IMG/VR virus record: IMGVR_UViG_3300002916_000001
Location: 1 to 64,000 of that record
Source of the DNA: a virus
Strand: one strand, 5' to 3'
DNA length: 64,000 bases
Positions 8,964 to 19,750 of the stretch are shown here, piece after piece (the stretch's first letter is position 1; each line of letters begins with the position of its first letter). The notes below the pieces were generated by a model. It saw only the letters and a program-made list of their open reading frames with translations. It searched no databases and was not told the origin of the DNA. The position numbers and the translations under genes were made by a program.

Positions 8964-9959
8964 ATGGACATCGTATCTGCAATACCACAGACTATCTCAG
9001 TAGGGCAACTTGCAAACGAATATGCAGCATCTAACGCATTCAGTGACTATCAGTCAAGGATGGCAGCGAATACATTGAAACGCCAAAGAGATGACATTGC
9101 GCTCTTCTCTGCCTTTCTCAAGAACATAGGCATGAATAAGGATAACTTGATGGATGATCCCACAGAATGGCATGGTATCACCTTTGGGCTGATAGAAGCG
9201 TTCAAGAGGTGGCAATTAGAACAAGGTTATGCAATTGCATCTATCAATGCACATCTCTCAACGGTCAAAGTGTATGCAAAGCTGGCAGCAAAGTCAGGCG
9301 TGCTCTCACCAGAGGAATATGCAATGATCAAGATGGTGAGCGGCTATCGGCACAAAGAGGGCAGGAACGTAGACGCGAAACGTGTCCAGACACGGCGAGA
9401 GGGTGCGAAGAAAGCTGAGGCAGTGCCCATTTCACCAGAGCAGGTCAGGGCATTGAAAGAACAGAGTGATACTCCGCAAGGCCGGCGTGATGCCTTGCTT
9501 ATGTGCCTGCTCCTGGATCATGGGCTACGATGTGGTGAAGTAGCGGGATTGCCAGTTGAGTCGATAAATCTCTCGACAGGACTCTTTACTTTCTATCGGC
9601 AGAAAGTTGATAAAGTTCAGACTCACCAGTTAACCCGCGATACCCTGCTCTCTGCTATGAGATATCTTGAAGTTGCCAAGCCTAGAGGTAAGCTACTCAT
9701 GGGTAGCAGGAAGAACGGCAACCTCGAGGGTGCAATGAGTGAACGGGCCATCACTGATCGTGTCCGAGAGCTGGGGGAAAGAATAGGCATCAGTGGTCTG
9801 TCTGCACATGACTGCCGACATGACTGGGCAAAGGACGCGATCAAGCAGACGGACATCAAGAGCCTGCAGCAGGCCGGCGGATGGTCATCGTCTGCGATGC
9901 CACTTCGATATGCAGACGACGCAAGGATAGCCAACGAAGGCGTGAAACTATCAAGGTGA
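8964..9959 (+). CDS. Tyrosine recombinase (Cre/XerC-like)
   Basis: HGLRCGE, AHDCRH, GGW, RY catalytic motifs; SAM-like N-terminus. Confidence 0.92.
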   Translation: MDIVSAIPQTISVGQLANEYAASNAFSDYQSRMAANTLKRQRDDIALFSAFLKNIGMNKDNLMDDPTEWHGITFGLIEAFKRWQLEQGYAIASINAHLSTVKVYAKLAAKSGVLSPEEYAMIKMVSGYRHKEGRNVDAKRVQTRREGAKKAEAVPISPEQVRALKEQSDTPQGRRDALLMCLLLDHGLRCGEVAGLPVESINLSTGLFTFYRQKVDKVQTHQLTRDTLLSAMRYLEVAKPRGKLLMGSRKNGNLEGAMSERAITDRVRELGERIGISGLSAHDCRHDWAKDAIKQTDIKSLQQAGGWSSSAMPLRYADDARIANEGVKLSR

Positions 9960-10497
9960 TATCACCACGCACTCTCATCGCCTTCATCGCCATTTTCACC
10001 GCCACTCAGTGCCTCTGCAATGGATGCAACGAGGAAGAGCAGTACCCACTTGCCTGCGATGATCGTTATTAATACCGCTATAGTTAATAGAAATACCGTC
10101 ATGTTGTTTCATGCCTCCATTCTTGCCTTGCTTGTTCAAAGAAACCAATGAGCCCTCGCAGCGTCATACCTCGAATGTCAGTGATAGCACCGATCGTTGT
10201 CAGCCTACCTTGGAGCAGGATGCTCACCTCCGAGCCATGCTCTGCAAAGCCAACAACGATCTTGCAATGGTATTCCCGTGCAAGGGCAAAGATGACAGAG
10301 AGGATCACTGTCTCTTGTCTGTTGTAACGGGGCATAGGTTTCTTTCATGTGGAACAGGTTTTGATGACTTTAGTTAAAAGCTCTTGAACATAGATCTACT
10401 CTTCTGCTATCATAGCAGATACAGAACAGCTCTTCAAACAAGGAAGGGCTTTCTTTCAGCAGGAACAACTCTCGACACTTTTATCATTGGAGGCAAT

Positions 10498-10746
10498 GTG
10501 CAAATTTTGGCAATACAAGGAAAATCAGGGAAAAAGCGTGGAAAAGGACAGGGATTCGCAGCGCTTCCCCCGGAGAGGCGCAAGGAAATATCGGCGATGG
10601 GAGGCAGGGAAGCTCATCGGCTAGGCACTGCCCACAAATGGGACCACGATGCCGCCGTGTCGGCTGGCCGCAAAGGGGGCCTGGTTAGTCGTCGCAGGGC
10701 AAAGCTTAACGTTGGTAGCACTGAAAAGACAGTGAAAGATCGATAG
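10498..10746 (+). CDS. KGG-repeat (general stress-like) small protein
   Basis: GFAALPPERRKEISAMGG...AGRKGG; GGAGG RBS before GTG. Confidence 0.8.
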   Translation: MQILAIQGKSGKKRGKGQGFAALPPERRKEISAMGGREAHRLGTAHKWDHDAAVSAGRKGGLVSRRRAKLNVGSTEKTVKDR

Positions 10747-10754
10747 AAAGGAAA

Positions 10755-11723
10755 GTGAATATGTTAGACATCGTATCCATGCTACCTAGCAATGACATGA
10801 TTGAGGATTATCGAGAGGAAGAGTTGGATTTGCAGCTTCAAGTGATTGATTGCATATGGATACCTTCAATGGAGGGTAGACTTGCAAGGCTTGATCAACC
10901 TAGCGAAATCCTAGCTCCGACTACAAAAAAGGCAGTTATAGATGGCAAAAGGGTGGACGTGCCATATTATGAAAAAATATCGGCGATAGGCGTTTCAAGG
11001 CAGTGGTCCATAGAATCGTCAGAAAAGAAATCTGCTGAGACAGGATTTGTACAGAGCAATCCATCTGTACGGGAAAGATTAAACCAATACCGGTACTACC
11101 CCTACACAGAGCAGTTCACTAATGAATTCAGTGCGATGCTGCGAACAAAAAGGGACAGTAAAAACAGACTCACAAAATATGCACTGGTAGACAATGACCC
11201 TGTCCTCCTTAAGTGGTTCAACCTTGTTTGCAGATTGAGAGCCATGCAAGGCCAAACGGAGCATTTCTTTGGGAACGGGCGGCGTGCATTTTTGCGAGAC
11301 ACAAGGGCAACGTTTATGGCTATGAGAGCTCATTGGGAAACCCCACGTGAAGAGGCACGTGTCACCAATAGAGCACAGAATAACCTTGGAATCGGGGCTG
11401 AAGCAAGAGCAAAGGCAATAGCAAAGCTTGGGGATGTAAACACTGTCTCACTTATAGCACAAATCAATGAAAGCAAGGACTTAGATCCAGAGAAGCGAAT
11501 CGAGCTTATGGAGAGAGTGCTGCAATTTGAACAGGGAAAAGCCGCTATTGCCAGTGAATATGCCGCTATTGCCAAGGAAAACACTGAGATTGTCAAAGAA
11601 CTCCGCGCCCCTGTCACTGAAAAGTTCCGTGAGTCGATGAGGGAAGGGGAACAATTCGCAAGAGAGGACTTGCTTAGAGGCATAGAAGTACAGCGAAAAC
11701 TTAAGGAGGCAACAAATGAATAA
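10755..11723 (+). CDS. Hypothetical protein, C-terminal coiled coil
   Basis: 322-aa ORF with RBS, in operon. Confidence 0.75.
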   Translation: MNMLDIVSMLPSNDMIEDYREEELDLQLQVIDCIWIPSMEGRLARLDQPSEILAPTTKKAVIDGKRVDVPYYEKISAIGVSRQWSIESSEKKSAETGFVQSNPSVRERLNQYRYYPYTEQFTNEFSAMLRTKRDSKNRLTKYALVDNDPVLLKWFNLVCRLRAMQGQTEHFFGNGRRAFLRDTRATFMAMRAHWETPREEARVTNRAQNNLGIGAEARAKAIAKLGDVNTVSLIAQINESKDLDPEKRIELMERVLQFEQGKAAIASEYAAIAKENTEIVKELRAPVTEKFRESMREGEQFAREDLLRGIEVQRKLKEATNE

Positions 11724-12942
11724 CGAGATGCTACCGACACTTTTTGATCAAGAAGCTTCAATAGAGACACAAGATGTTGATGAATTTCACTATGAGGTTC
11801 TTGACCTTGAAGACCGCGAATTTGTCCAAGAAAAGGAGTATGAGATACGTACTCACTGGACAAGGGCGGCTAGCGAGATTTTAGCATCAGGGGAAAAGCT
11901 TCTGCTAGTACAAGACAGGTTAAAAAGAGCTAATGGGGGAATACACGGAAATTTTGAAGGATGGCTAAAAAGGGTTGGATTAAGCAAGGGAAACGCTTTT
12001 TTTGCCATGAAAGCCTATAACAGATTTGGGAATGAGAAAAAGTCTGTAATACAGACTTTTTCTTCTGAGGTGGTTAGAGAATTGACCTATGCTTCCGATG
12101 AAATTGTTGATCAAGTAGTTTCGGGTGATGTGCATCCCACAGTCAAAGCCATACGAGAGGCAAAGAAAGCAGAGAAAGAGGCAAAGGAAGAAGCAGAGGA
12201 AGCCAGGAAAGCAGTAACTAAGGCTAAGGCGGATGCCAGAGCAGCACAACAACAACTTACTCTCAAAGAGGCATCTTTTCAGTCAGAATTTGAGGCACTG
12301 AAAGGGCAGTTTGAAGCAAAGATCCAAAAGCTAGAAGCGCTCACGACTCCTCAGATTGAAATTAGGGAAATCGAAAAGGAAGTCCTACCTGAGTCTGTCA
12401 AAAACAACATAGCAGAGATGCAAGGCAAAATAGACGAATTACAGGCAGATCTTGACAAGACAAAGGGGACGGTCCCACAAGAGACATTAGATCAAATGGA
12501 AATGCTTCAAACCCAGCTTGCAACATACAAAACGCTTGTTGATGCAAAAGAGAAAAGCCTTAACGAGATACGTGGGCACAACGCAAAGATAGCAGAGATG
12601 AACAAAAAGCTCTCTGAAGAGGCACGACTGATGTCCGCTGAAACACAAGCAGTGGTAGGCCGTGCTCGCATCCGGCAGAAATGGAGAGAAGACACAAAAG
12701 ACCTCCACGTAGCCATAGCCAAGTTTGTTTCTGAGATCCCTTCCCTGATCGACCAGGAGTCCCTAGAAGGCGATGATTGGGCAAGGCAAGGGCAATGCAT
12801 CGAGATCCTGCAAAGAGCACTATCAGCTCTAGGACAGATGAGGAATAGCCAATCTGATCCGTTTGTCAATGCTTCTGTCGTTGATACAGCATTGAGCGTC
12901 AATGGGCATGACATAGTAGATGCAGAGGTGGTTCAGCGATGA
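11716..12942 (+). CDS. DUF3102-like coiled-coil phage protein
   Basis: ILASGEKLLLVQDRL...HGNFEGWLKRVGLS..A..M motif. Confidence 0.7.
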   Translation: MNNEMLPTLFDQEASIETQDVDEFHYEVLDLEDREFVQEKEYEIRTHWTRAASEILASGEKLLLVQDRLKRANGGIHGNFEGWLKRVGLSKGNAFFAMKAYNRFGNEKKSVIQTFSSEVVRELTYASDEIVDQVVSGDVHPTVKAIREAKKAEKEAKEEAEEARKAVTKAKADARAAQQQLTLKEASFQSEFEALKGQFEAKIQKLEALTTPQIEIREIEKEVLPESVKNNIAEMQGKIDELQADLDKTKGTVPQETLDQMEMLQTQLATYKTLVDAKEKSLNEIRGHNAKIAEMNKKLSEEARLMSAETQAVVGRARIRQKWREDTKDLHVAIAKFVSEIPSLIDQESLEGDDWARQGQCIEILQRALSALGQMRNSQSDPFVNASVVDTALSVNGHDIVDAEVVQR

Positions 12943-13153
12943 TGCAAGGCAAAGACCCGATCGACACTTTTGACAAGATGAAGGAAGAATACATCAAAAT
13001 ACAAGATAGGAGGATCAAAGGCCTTAAGCGAACAATTGCGGCACTTGAGGAGACAATCGAATGCCACAAGGAAGAGATTAAACACCAGAATGATTTTATG
13101 AATCTTTTAAGGCAGGAACTTGCCAAAAGTCGTCAACAACCGGAGGTTACCCA

Positions 13154-13648
13154 GTGATCAAAAATGGTAAGCAATGGTATGCCGACAATTTCCATGAACG
13201 CGCCCTTACCCATAAAGATGCTGTAGGATGGGCCTGTGAATGGTGTGGACGCAAGCACGGGGAAGAGTATAAACCCGATGCCATTCAGCTCCCTCTTCTA
13301 AAGAGTCGCAAGAAAAGGCCCAAAAGAAAGGTAGTGGTCGTGGCACACCACCCCAACTACGATACAGAAAACCCAGATGCCGAATTGATTATACTCTGCA
13401 AGGCGTGTCACGGAAAAGCACAGAGACAGCATAACCGCGAAGCAAATCAAAAAAATGCCGATGACAAGAGGAAAGAAAAGCTGCTAGGTGAGACACGGGA
13501 TGCAATGGATAATGGTCAATTAGAATTGGCATTTGGAGAGTATGAATACCCTATCCTGCAGATTGACTTCCCTATCACGCCTTTCCTGCAATCCGTACCA
13601 TTGGAGAATGACTTATCCACATCTCATCCACATGTTCACAACTCATAG
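13154..13648 (+). CDS. HNH-like zinc-binding endonuclease
   Basis: CEWCG...VAHHPNYD..N....LIILCKACH. Confidence 0.75.
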   Translation: MIKNGKQWYADNFHERALTHKDAVGWACEWCGRKHGEEYKPDAIQLPLLKSRKKRPKRKVVVVAHHPNYDTENPDAELIILCKACHGKAQRQHNREANQKNADDKRKEKLLGETRDAMDNGQLELAFGEYEYPILQIDFPITPFLQSVPLENDLSTSHPHVHNS

Positions 13649-13663
13649 AAAGCGAGGATATCA

Positions 13664-14065
13664 ATGAGTACGGACAGACCAGTAGTAACAGGCACTGAGT
13701 CGCAACTAAAAGATATTGCAGAGGCCCGTCTAACAAGGGAATATGGAGAAGCGCGCAACAACATAAGCCCTGGATTGCGTTGGTTAACCGGTGATCCCCA
13801 TCACATTCCACTCTATCTTGATCATCCAGAATACCGCATCAAGGACGGGGAAAGAACGGTAAATGCCAATCCATACGGCCTAGACCTAGAAGACTTGGAG
13901 TCTCTTGTAAAGCTAGCAAAAAGCAAAAAGTTGTATCTTTACATAGAACCGATATCAAACTACAACACGGGCACAGTGCTTGTTGTTCTTACAGAGACAA
14001 GTTCGTCAGTGCAGAATCAGCGCGCTGCAAGGCTTAGATCACAGGAAAGCGAGGCCCCGCAATGA
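13664..14065 (+). CDS. Hypothetical phage protein
   Basis: 133-aa ORF with RBS. Confidence 0.65.
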   Translation: MSTDRPVVTGTESQLKDIAEARLTREYGEARNNISPGLRWLTGDPHHIPLYLDHPEYRIKDGERTVNANPYGLDLEDLESLVKLAKSKKLYLYIEPISNYNTGTVLVVLTETSSSVQNQRAARLRSQESEAPQ

Positions 14066-14224
14066 CCAACACCGACAACCCCGATCACATCGACTTCACC
14101 GAATCACTCTTGCAGGAGCAATTCATCCGCTCTGCGATGGAGCCTGCAGCTGAGAACCTCACTGCCATCCGCGAGGATATCCAGGACTTCACGGCATCAT
14201 TCGACGAGAACGCTAAGGCGTGCG

Positions 14225-14500
14225 ATGAGGAAGCAGCGAAAAGGGAGGAGATCAGCCATAAAAGCGTTAACACCTTCTGAGATATATATCTTAAAGCTTC
14301 TCGCAATTGGAAAATCAGGGTATGAAATCGAGAAGGAATTACATATTACCAAGAATACGCTCTATGCCCATATATATGGAATCAAGAATAAAACGGGCAT
14401 TAGAAACCGGATACTCCTCGCATTCTATGCGTATGGAAACGGATATATCACAAGCGACGAGATTAAAGCAGCGATAAGAAAAGAAAGAGGTATCACGTGA
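14225..14500 (+). CDS. Stand-alone LuxR-family HTH regulator
   Basis: LTPSE..ILKLLAIGKS..EIEKELHITKNTL..H...I..K. Confidence 0.85.
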   Translation: MRKQRKGRRSAIKALTPSEIYILKLLAIGKSGYEIEKELHITKNTLYAHIYGIKNKTGIRNRILLAFYAYGNGYITSDEIKAAIRKERGIT

Positions 14501-14525
14501 GCAGCGATAGGCTCTCTATCCTTCC

Positions 14526-14617
14526 GGATACTGTTGGCGAAATCAAAAATCGAACTCGCGATGGAAGATAACCTATTCCTGCTTTGAGCTTGGGAAACCA
14601 ATTCGCCAACAGTATCC
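14526..14617. mobile_element. ~92-bp MITE-like insertion in a 39-codon ORF (14497-14712)
   Basis: Perfect 16-bp IR GGATACTGTTGGCGAA, flanking direct repeat (TATCCTTCCGG overlaps the ends), excision of 96 bp restores the ORF. Confidence 0.65.
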
Positions 14618-14761
14618 TTCCGGGTGAATTTGGCTGTAAAATCGTAGCATCAGAGCATAGCTATGCCTCTCATTGGGTGCGAAGATGGCAGCGCAGGGCA
14701 TTTGTAAAATAAACAACATCTGCTCAAAATTGCAAATAAAAAAACTGCCCTCCCTGGCAGT

Positions 14762-15436
14762 TCAGTCATCTAGGCAATCTGGGTCCCATTCCACAGGAGG
14801 ACTGTCATCATCTGCCCACCACTCGCACGGCGGCAACTTTTGTGGCATGTTTGGGAAATCATCGAGAAACTTATCTGCACGGCAACACAACATCACATCT
14901 CTGCGATCTATCAATGTGCGCTTGATCAATGTTCCCCCGATGCTATGGCACGCGGGGCAGCACGCTTTGCTGTCCCAGCGCATCTCAGCAGCGAGTTCCC
15001 TGCAACCCATTGGCGGCGCAAGGAAAAACTTTGCTGCACTGCCCTCCCCTGTCCGGGAGAGGCAGAGCCTGCCACGATCAAGCAGCGTATTCACGGCGTC
15101 ACGGCGCATCATGGCAGACACGGTAGGCTCATTGTAGTCGTGGGTATCATAGCCATGATCTTCGAGAAAGAGAGAGAACTCAGCGAGGGAGGCGGATTCG
15201 ATGGTGCGTTTGTAGCCATTGATGCCAAAGAAAGTCCTTGGCTGGTCGACGATCTTGCAATGCTGCACGAGGCATTCCGTTGCATTGGCAGGGGGACACC
15301 ATGTGCCCGTGGATTTTTTTGCGAGAGGCTTGAATTGCTGTAGTGCAGGAAATTGCATTGTCGGAAATTCGGACAAGATAATCGCTGCATATTCATCAGT
15401 CGGAATCAATTGACCGGAGGGAGTGAGTACAGGCAT
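14762..15436 (-). CDS. Hypothetical protein with C-terminal Cys-rich domain
   Basis: AAGGAG RBS; CCPACH...LCC motif shared with 45274-45684. Confidence 0.7.
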   Translation of the reverse strand: MPVLTPSGQLIPTDEYAAIILSEFPTMQFPALQQFKPLAKKSTGTWCPPANATECLVQHCKIVDQPRTFFGINGYKRTIESASLAEFSLFLEDHGYDTHDYNEPTVSAMMRRDAVNTLLDRGRLCLSRTGEGSAAKFFLAPPMGCRELAAEMRWDSKACCPACHSIGGTLIKRTLIDRRDVMLCCRADKFLDDFPNMPQKLPPCEWWADDDSPPVEWDPDCLDD

Positions 15437-15710
15437 GGGAATTCTCCTTCGGCCACATCCTTGTGGATTATTCCGCGCCACCCTTGCCACAACTTAGCAA
15501 AAATATTTTTTGAGTATACACCTTTTATGTAACGTTAGGCAAGATCCGATAGGCTATACATCGTACGGCAGACAGACACAGCGTGCTATGAAAAATTGCA
15601 CTTTTAAAGTATTGCGCATTCCACATATTGCATAGATACATTCAAATATTGCACAAAAAAGCGAGGATGTTCCTTGATCTCAGAGCATCCTCGCTGCACT
15701 TCGTGGATGG

Positions 15711-16817
15711 TCAATGCCTTACTTGGGCTGCCTGGATGGCCCTCCCTGCCTCTTCCCTGGAAAGCCCTGCCTTCTGTGCAAGTCCAAGCTGTCCAAGGCG
15801 TTGCAGTGCGCGTCGCTGCGGCATGTTTGCCGTGCCAACGATATTGCCTAGCTCTGCGTCTGGCAGTGGCTTCAAGGAATTCGATGGTTGGGGCTTCGCT
15901 GCAGGCTTGGCAACGGACTCCTCGCTATCGAAGGGATGATCAAAGTTCTCCCCGAAGTCACTGGCATCCATTGAAGCCTCAGTGAAATTCTCTGGCTCTT
16001 CAGTGCTGCCATTGACGCCTGCGTAGATGTCATTGGTGACTTGGAGGCTCCAAGCAACGGAGTCCTCAATTTCCCCCTTGATCAAAGGGAGATACTCCCC
16101 GACGTGATGGGCATCCAGGTAGTCATCGTCGACCTGGGCAGGGATTTCACTGACGATCGGGGAGACGGGGCTTCCCTGATCTCCCTTTACCTGCATACGC
16201 TTTATACGTTTGCCGGGAACAAGCAAGAGGGAGAAGCCCCAGTACGGCGTCTTCGTGGCTTTGCCGTGCTTTTCCTGGAAGAGCTCATTGTTGGCACGGA
16301 GCACACGGTACTGACCGTCGCGTCCCAGGATCGGAAGCATGTCGCTTGCGAACTGGTTTTTTGCCACAACGATCACAGGGCGAGGGGGATTGGACTCATC
16401 AAAGAATGGCAGCAGTTCTGCCACGAAGGCACGGAATTTCAATGTCTTGACATTTTTTACCTTACCCTTGCCGTCGTCTTCCTTGTGCCATCCAAAGGCA
16501 ACCCCCGCGCGCTTGGACTTATCATTCATTTCCTGCTCGGAGTGGCACCCTTTCGCTAGAATGAAGAGGGAAGCACCAGCTTTTCCACCGATCTGCCAGT
16601 ACGTATTGAGCTTCGACTGCTCAATTTTGACCTGGGGCAGATTTGCAGCTGCGCACACTTTGTCGAGATAGGGATACTTCCCTGCTTCGATATGCCACCC
16701 GACCGTGGTATCTTCAGCGCCCTCACAGTCCCTCTGCGAAAACCACTGTAAGACGCCTTCTTCAATGCCAGACTCAACAACATCATTGTCTTCACCGAAA
16801 TCGTAACCGCTTGACAT
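15711..16817 (-). CDS. Hypothetical protein, possibly ssDNA-binding/recombination
   Basis: 368-aa ORF with acidic linker, consensus promoter upstream; function from context only. Confidence 0.7.
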   Translation of the reverse strand: MSSGYDFGEDNDVVESGIEEGVLQWFSQRDCEGAEDTTVGWHIEAGKYPYLDKVCAAANLPQVKIEQSKLNTYWQIGGKAGASLFILAKGCHSEQEMNDKSKRAGVAFGWHKEDDGKGKVKNVKTLKFRAFVAELLPFFDESNPPRPVIVVAKNQFASDMLPILGRDGQYRVLRANNELFQEKHGKATKTPYWGFSLLLVPGKRIKRMQVKGDQGSPVSPIVSEIPAQVDDDYLDAHHVGEYLPLIKGEIEDSVAWSLQVTNDIYAGVNGSTEEPENFTEASMDASDFGENFDHPFDSEESVAKPAAKPQPSNSLKPLPDAELGNIVGTANMPQRRALQRLGQLGLAQKAGLSREEAGRAIQAAQVRH

Positions 16818-16855
16818 GATAATTTCCCTTTCAATAAAAAAACTTAACTAAGAAG

Positions 16856-16903
16856 ATTATATCACTTCTATCACAAAGTGTCAAGAGTTGGTTCAAATGA
16901 AAG
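16856..16903 (-). promoter_or_regulatory. Perfect sigma70 promoter with regulon motif
   Basis: CTTTCA-tttg-AACCAA-ctc-TTGACA-17nt-TATAAT. Confidence 0.88.
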
Positions 16904-17439
16904 ACAATTCTCTTGAGACAAGGATAGAAGCCATGTTAGCAGGGAGCAGGAGCAATTTGAAGAAGCTCAAGAGGCTGGGATGCTCCCACTCTCGAAAAGC
17001 AAAGGGCGGCAAGAACCGCAAGAAAGCCGCTCGTAAATTGGCACGTCAGCATGCAAGAATAGCACATATCAGATCCGATGCATTGCACAAAGCAACTGCT
17101 CAAATCGTGGCGAAAACCAAGCTCGATAGCGAACGACCTAAGAGCATTGTGATAGAGGATCTGAATGTGTCTGGCATGCTCAAAAATCGGAAATTGAGCA
17201 GGGCAATAGCTGATGTGGGACTCTACGAGTTCAGGCAGCAATTGACCTACAAAGCTGAGCAAGCCGGTTCTGCTGTCCATGTCATGAGCAGGTGGTATCC
17301 ATCCTCTAAAACATGCTCTGGCTGTGGCTGGATAGATCATGACCAAACTCTTTCCGATCGGACATTCATCTGTCATGAATGCGGAATCGTCCTTGATCGA
17401 GACTTGAATGCTGCTTTGAATTTGGCAGCGTCGGCATAA
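16888..17439 (+). pseudogene. tnpB: 5'-truncated TnpB (IS607-like), C-terminal half only
   Basis: IVIEDLNV, PSSKTCSGCG, DRDLNAALN present; RuvC-I and N-terminal domains absent. Confidence 0.88.
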
Positions 17440-17589
17440 CTTTTTGTACCGTGAGTTACACGGGAACATAACGCCTCTGGAGAGAGTAGCTCTGGCTTGG
17501 ATGAAAGTCCAAGTGAAACTACTCTCAGGGAAGGAGGAACCAGACATCGGATATGGCGTGTCCATATTTGTCTAAGTTCTGGATAACGG
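17440..17589 (+). ncRNA. omegaRNA scaffold / IS607-like right end
   Basis: Hairpin-rich 3' region after tnpB ending ...TAAGTTCTGGATAACGG. Confidence 0.65.
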
Positions 17590-17661
17590 ATTGGCAGGCA
17601 GGGCAAAAAGTGTCGAGAGTTGTTCCTGGCAAAAGAAAGAGGATGGTCAAAGAGGCCATCC

Positions 17662-18546
17662 TCAATCCAGATCGATCTCCTCTTTGGGCTTGCGACGCTG
17701 CTTCAGCGGAATGTATTGGACGGGGAACAGAATGTTATTCCCAAGGTTGGCAACAGGATAGACCTTGCGGCCTTTCTTGGATATCGCATGCAGGGAAAGT
17801 ATGCCACCTTGCTGCACTCCCCTTTTCGTTACTAGCTCACCACCCCATTGCGCTTCGATTTCAGGGATCTGCTTTGTCGACACCACGTCAACGACTTCTT
17901 CGACCTCTGGCATCTCTGGTGCCACATTGAATATCGGTGCTTTGAGCAGCGATTCCTCGCTGAAACGCCAGGATTGGAAGATGCCGTTCTTGCCGGGCAC
18001 TTTGCGGTCAATCGGAATCTTGCCGTTGTTGGGATCTGCCCAGTGGTAAAACAATCTTATATCAATGCGCTCTTCACGTCCTTCCGCTGCCAGGCGTGCG
18101 TTGATCCAATTCCATGCTTCCTTTGATGTCATCAGGCTATCTGCAGCGAGGCGTGTCTTCTCCTCTTCGATAAGCAGGGGGACCAATTCATCGACATCTC
18201 TGGGTTCAAAGAGATGATCTCCATTGGCATCTGGTGAAGGTTTGATCCGCCCGCTATCGATAATCCGTGTGATCTGCGAGCTGTATTGGAACGATGGCAA
18301 GTGTTCCCTGATGCGGGCAAGGACCTGCTTCGGGGTAAGCAGCCTTGCAAGCTTCTTTTTCTGCTCAATGAGCTCAATGATGTCAGCGCGGGCAAAGCGC
18401 TTCAGTGGTCCCTTTGAGTTGGCGGGGACAATGTGCCCTCTGGTGACATAGTTATCCCATTCATAGTCCTTGATGGGACTTCCCAGTTCCCTGAAGAGTT
18501 CAATGGCTTGTCCCCGTGTCAGGGTTTCTTGCTTAATTTCTATCAT
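17662..18546 (-). CDS. Protein with three tandem MerR/excisionase-like HTH domains
   Basis: Repeated LT..QA/EA....Y/I...G.I.P....F...D pattern. Confidence 0.65.
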   Translation of the reverse strand: MIEIKQETLTRGQAIELFRELGSPIKDYEWDNYVTRGHIVPANSKGPLKRFARADIIELIEQKKKLARLLTPKQVLARIREHLPSFQYSSQITRIIDSGRIKPSPDANGDHLFEPRDVDELVPLLIEEEKTRLAADSLMTSKEAWNWINARLAAEGREERIDIRLFYHWADPNNGKIPIDRKVPGKNGIFQSWRFSEESLLKAPIFNVAPEMPEVEEVVDVVSTKQIPEIEAQWGGELVTKRGVQQGGILSLHAISKKGRKVYPVANLGNNILFPVQYIPLKQRRKPKEEIDLD

Positions 18547-18713
18547 GAATGTTCCTCCTTGTGCTTGCACGTGATTTAATGATAACATAATCGACGCAAA
18601 CCATCAACTATTGTTCCTAGTGAAAGACCACTGCCTTTCAACAGGAACAACTCTTGACACTTTGTCTATCTATGGAATATGCTAAATCTCTATCCATCTC
18701 GGAGGCAACTACT

Positions 18714-19334
18714 ATGCACATCCAAATTCCTGCCAACCAACTCGTACTCATGGCACGGATGCCGATGCCACCATCGATAAACCATGCCAAACGCGCGGGT
18801 GTCCGTGAGCGCAAGGACTACAGCGCAGCTGACTACCTTGCGGGCAAGAAGCCGTACTATGGCACCACCTACACGGACCCCAAGGCAGATCTCTATAAGC
18901 AAGAGGCGCTGTGGATGCTTCGCTGTCCGTGCCCGCCCCAGTGGCAATCATGGCAAGAGCCTATGGCTGTCCGTGCACTCCGAGAAAATACAACGATCTG
19001 CCTGGATTTTGAGCTATGGGAGTTTTTTGCAGATAACAAGAGCGATGCAGACAACCGCGTCAAAGGATTCCAAGATATCCTTGCAGAGCATCTTGATATC
19101 GATGACAAAAGGATCATCGAGGGAAAGCAGCACAAGCGCGTCATTCCAGGATGTACGCCGTATGCCGTCGCGAAGCTTCGTGTCGCTGAAGTCACTGATG
19201 CCAAGGCAGAACAAGCAGAATTAGATGATATGTTAGTAAGTTTAACGGAGGAAAAGAACTATGGCAGTTTTACGGAAATACGAGCTTTCGCATCTTCCCC
19301 AACCATCGCCGACGCCGGAGCAGCGCGTCGCTGA
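18714..19334 (+). CDS. rusA: RusA-like Holliday junction resolvase
   Basis: PPSINH, DADNRVKGFQDIL, IDDKRI. Confidence 0.75.
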   Translation: MHIQIPANQLVLMARMPMPPSINHAKRAGVRERKDYSAADYLAGKKPYYGTTYTDPKADLYKQEALWMLRCPCPPQWQSWQEPMAVRALRENTTICLDFELWEFFADNKSDADNRVKGFQDILAEHLDIDDKRIIEGKQHKRVIPGCTPYAVAKLRVAEVTDAKAEQAELDDMLVSLTEEKNYGSFTEIRAFASSPTIADAGAARR

Positions 19335-19750
19335 TTCGTGGCTCAATGCAATGCCACGCCCTGTTCCTCAGCGATCTTCAGAGATCGAGGAGATGGTGCA
19401 CCGCGAAATATCCCTGCATTTCATGGCAACCCATGAACCCCCTGTGCAGCTTCGAATGAACCCCCTTGCTATTTTTCAGATGGAAGGTGAGCGATGGTAC
19501 TCCTTCCCCTTCCTCGCCGAAACCCACGCCATCATTGGCATCCCTGTAGTCCCCGATCCCCATGTAGGCTTTAATGAAATACGCTGTATTGGCAGGGAAG
19601 ATACCATGATGGCAGTGAAGTCAGTGGGGAAGCAGTGCTAGGCACTGCCCTTGCCAATTTTTCTTTCATTTGAACCAACTCTTGACACTTTGTGATAGAT
19701 GTGTTACTGTAGGAGTAGCATTTTCACATTTCGAAAGAAGGTTAAAAACA

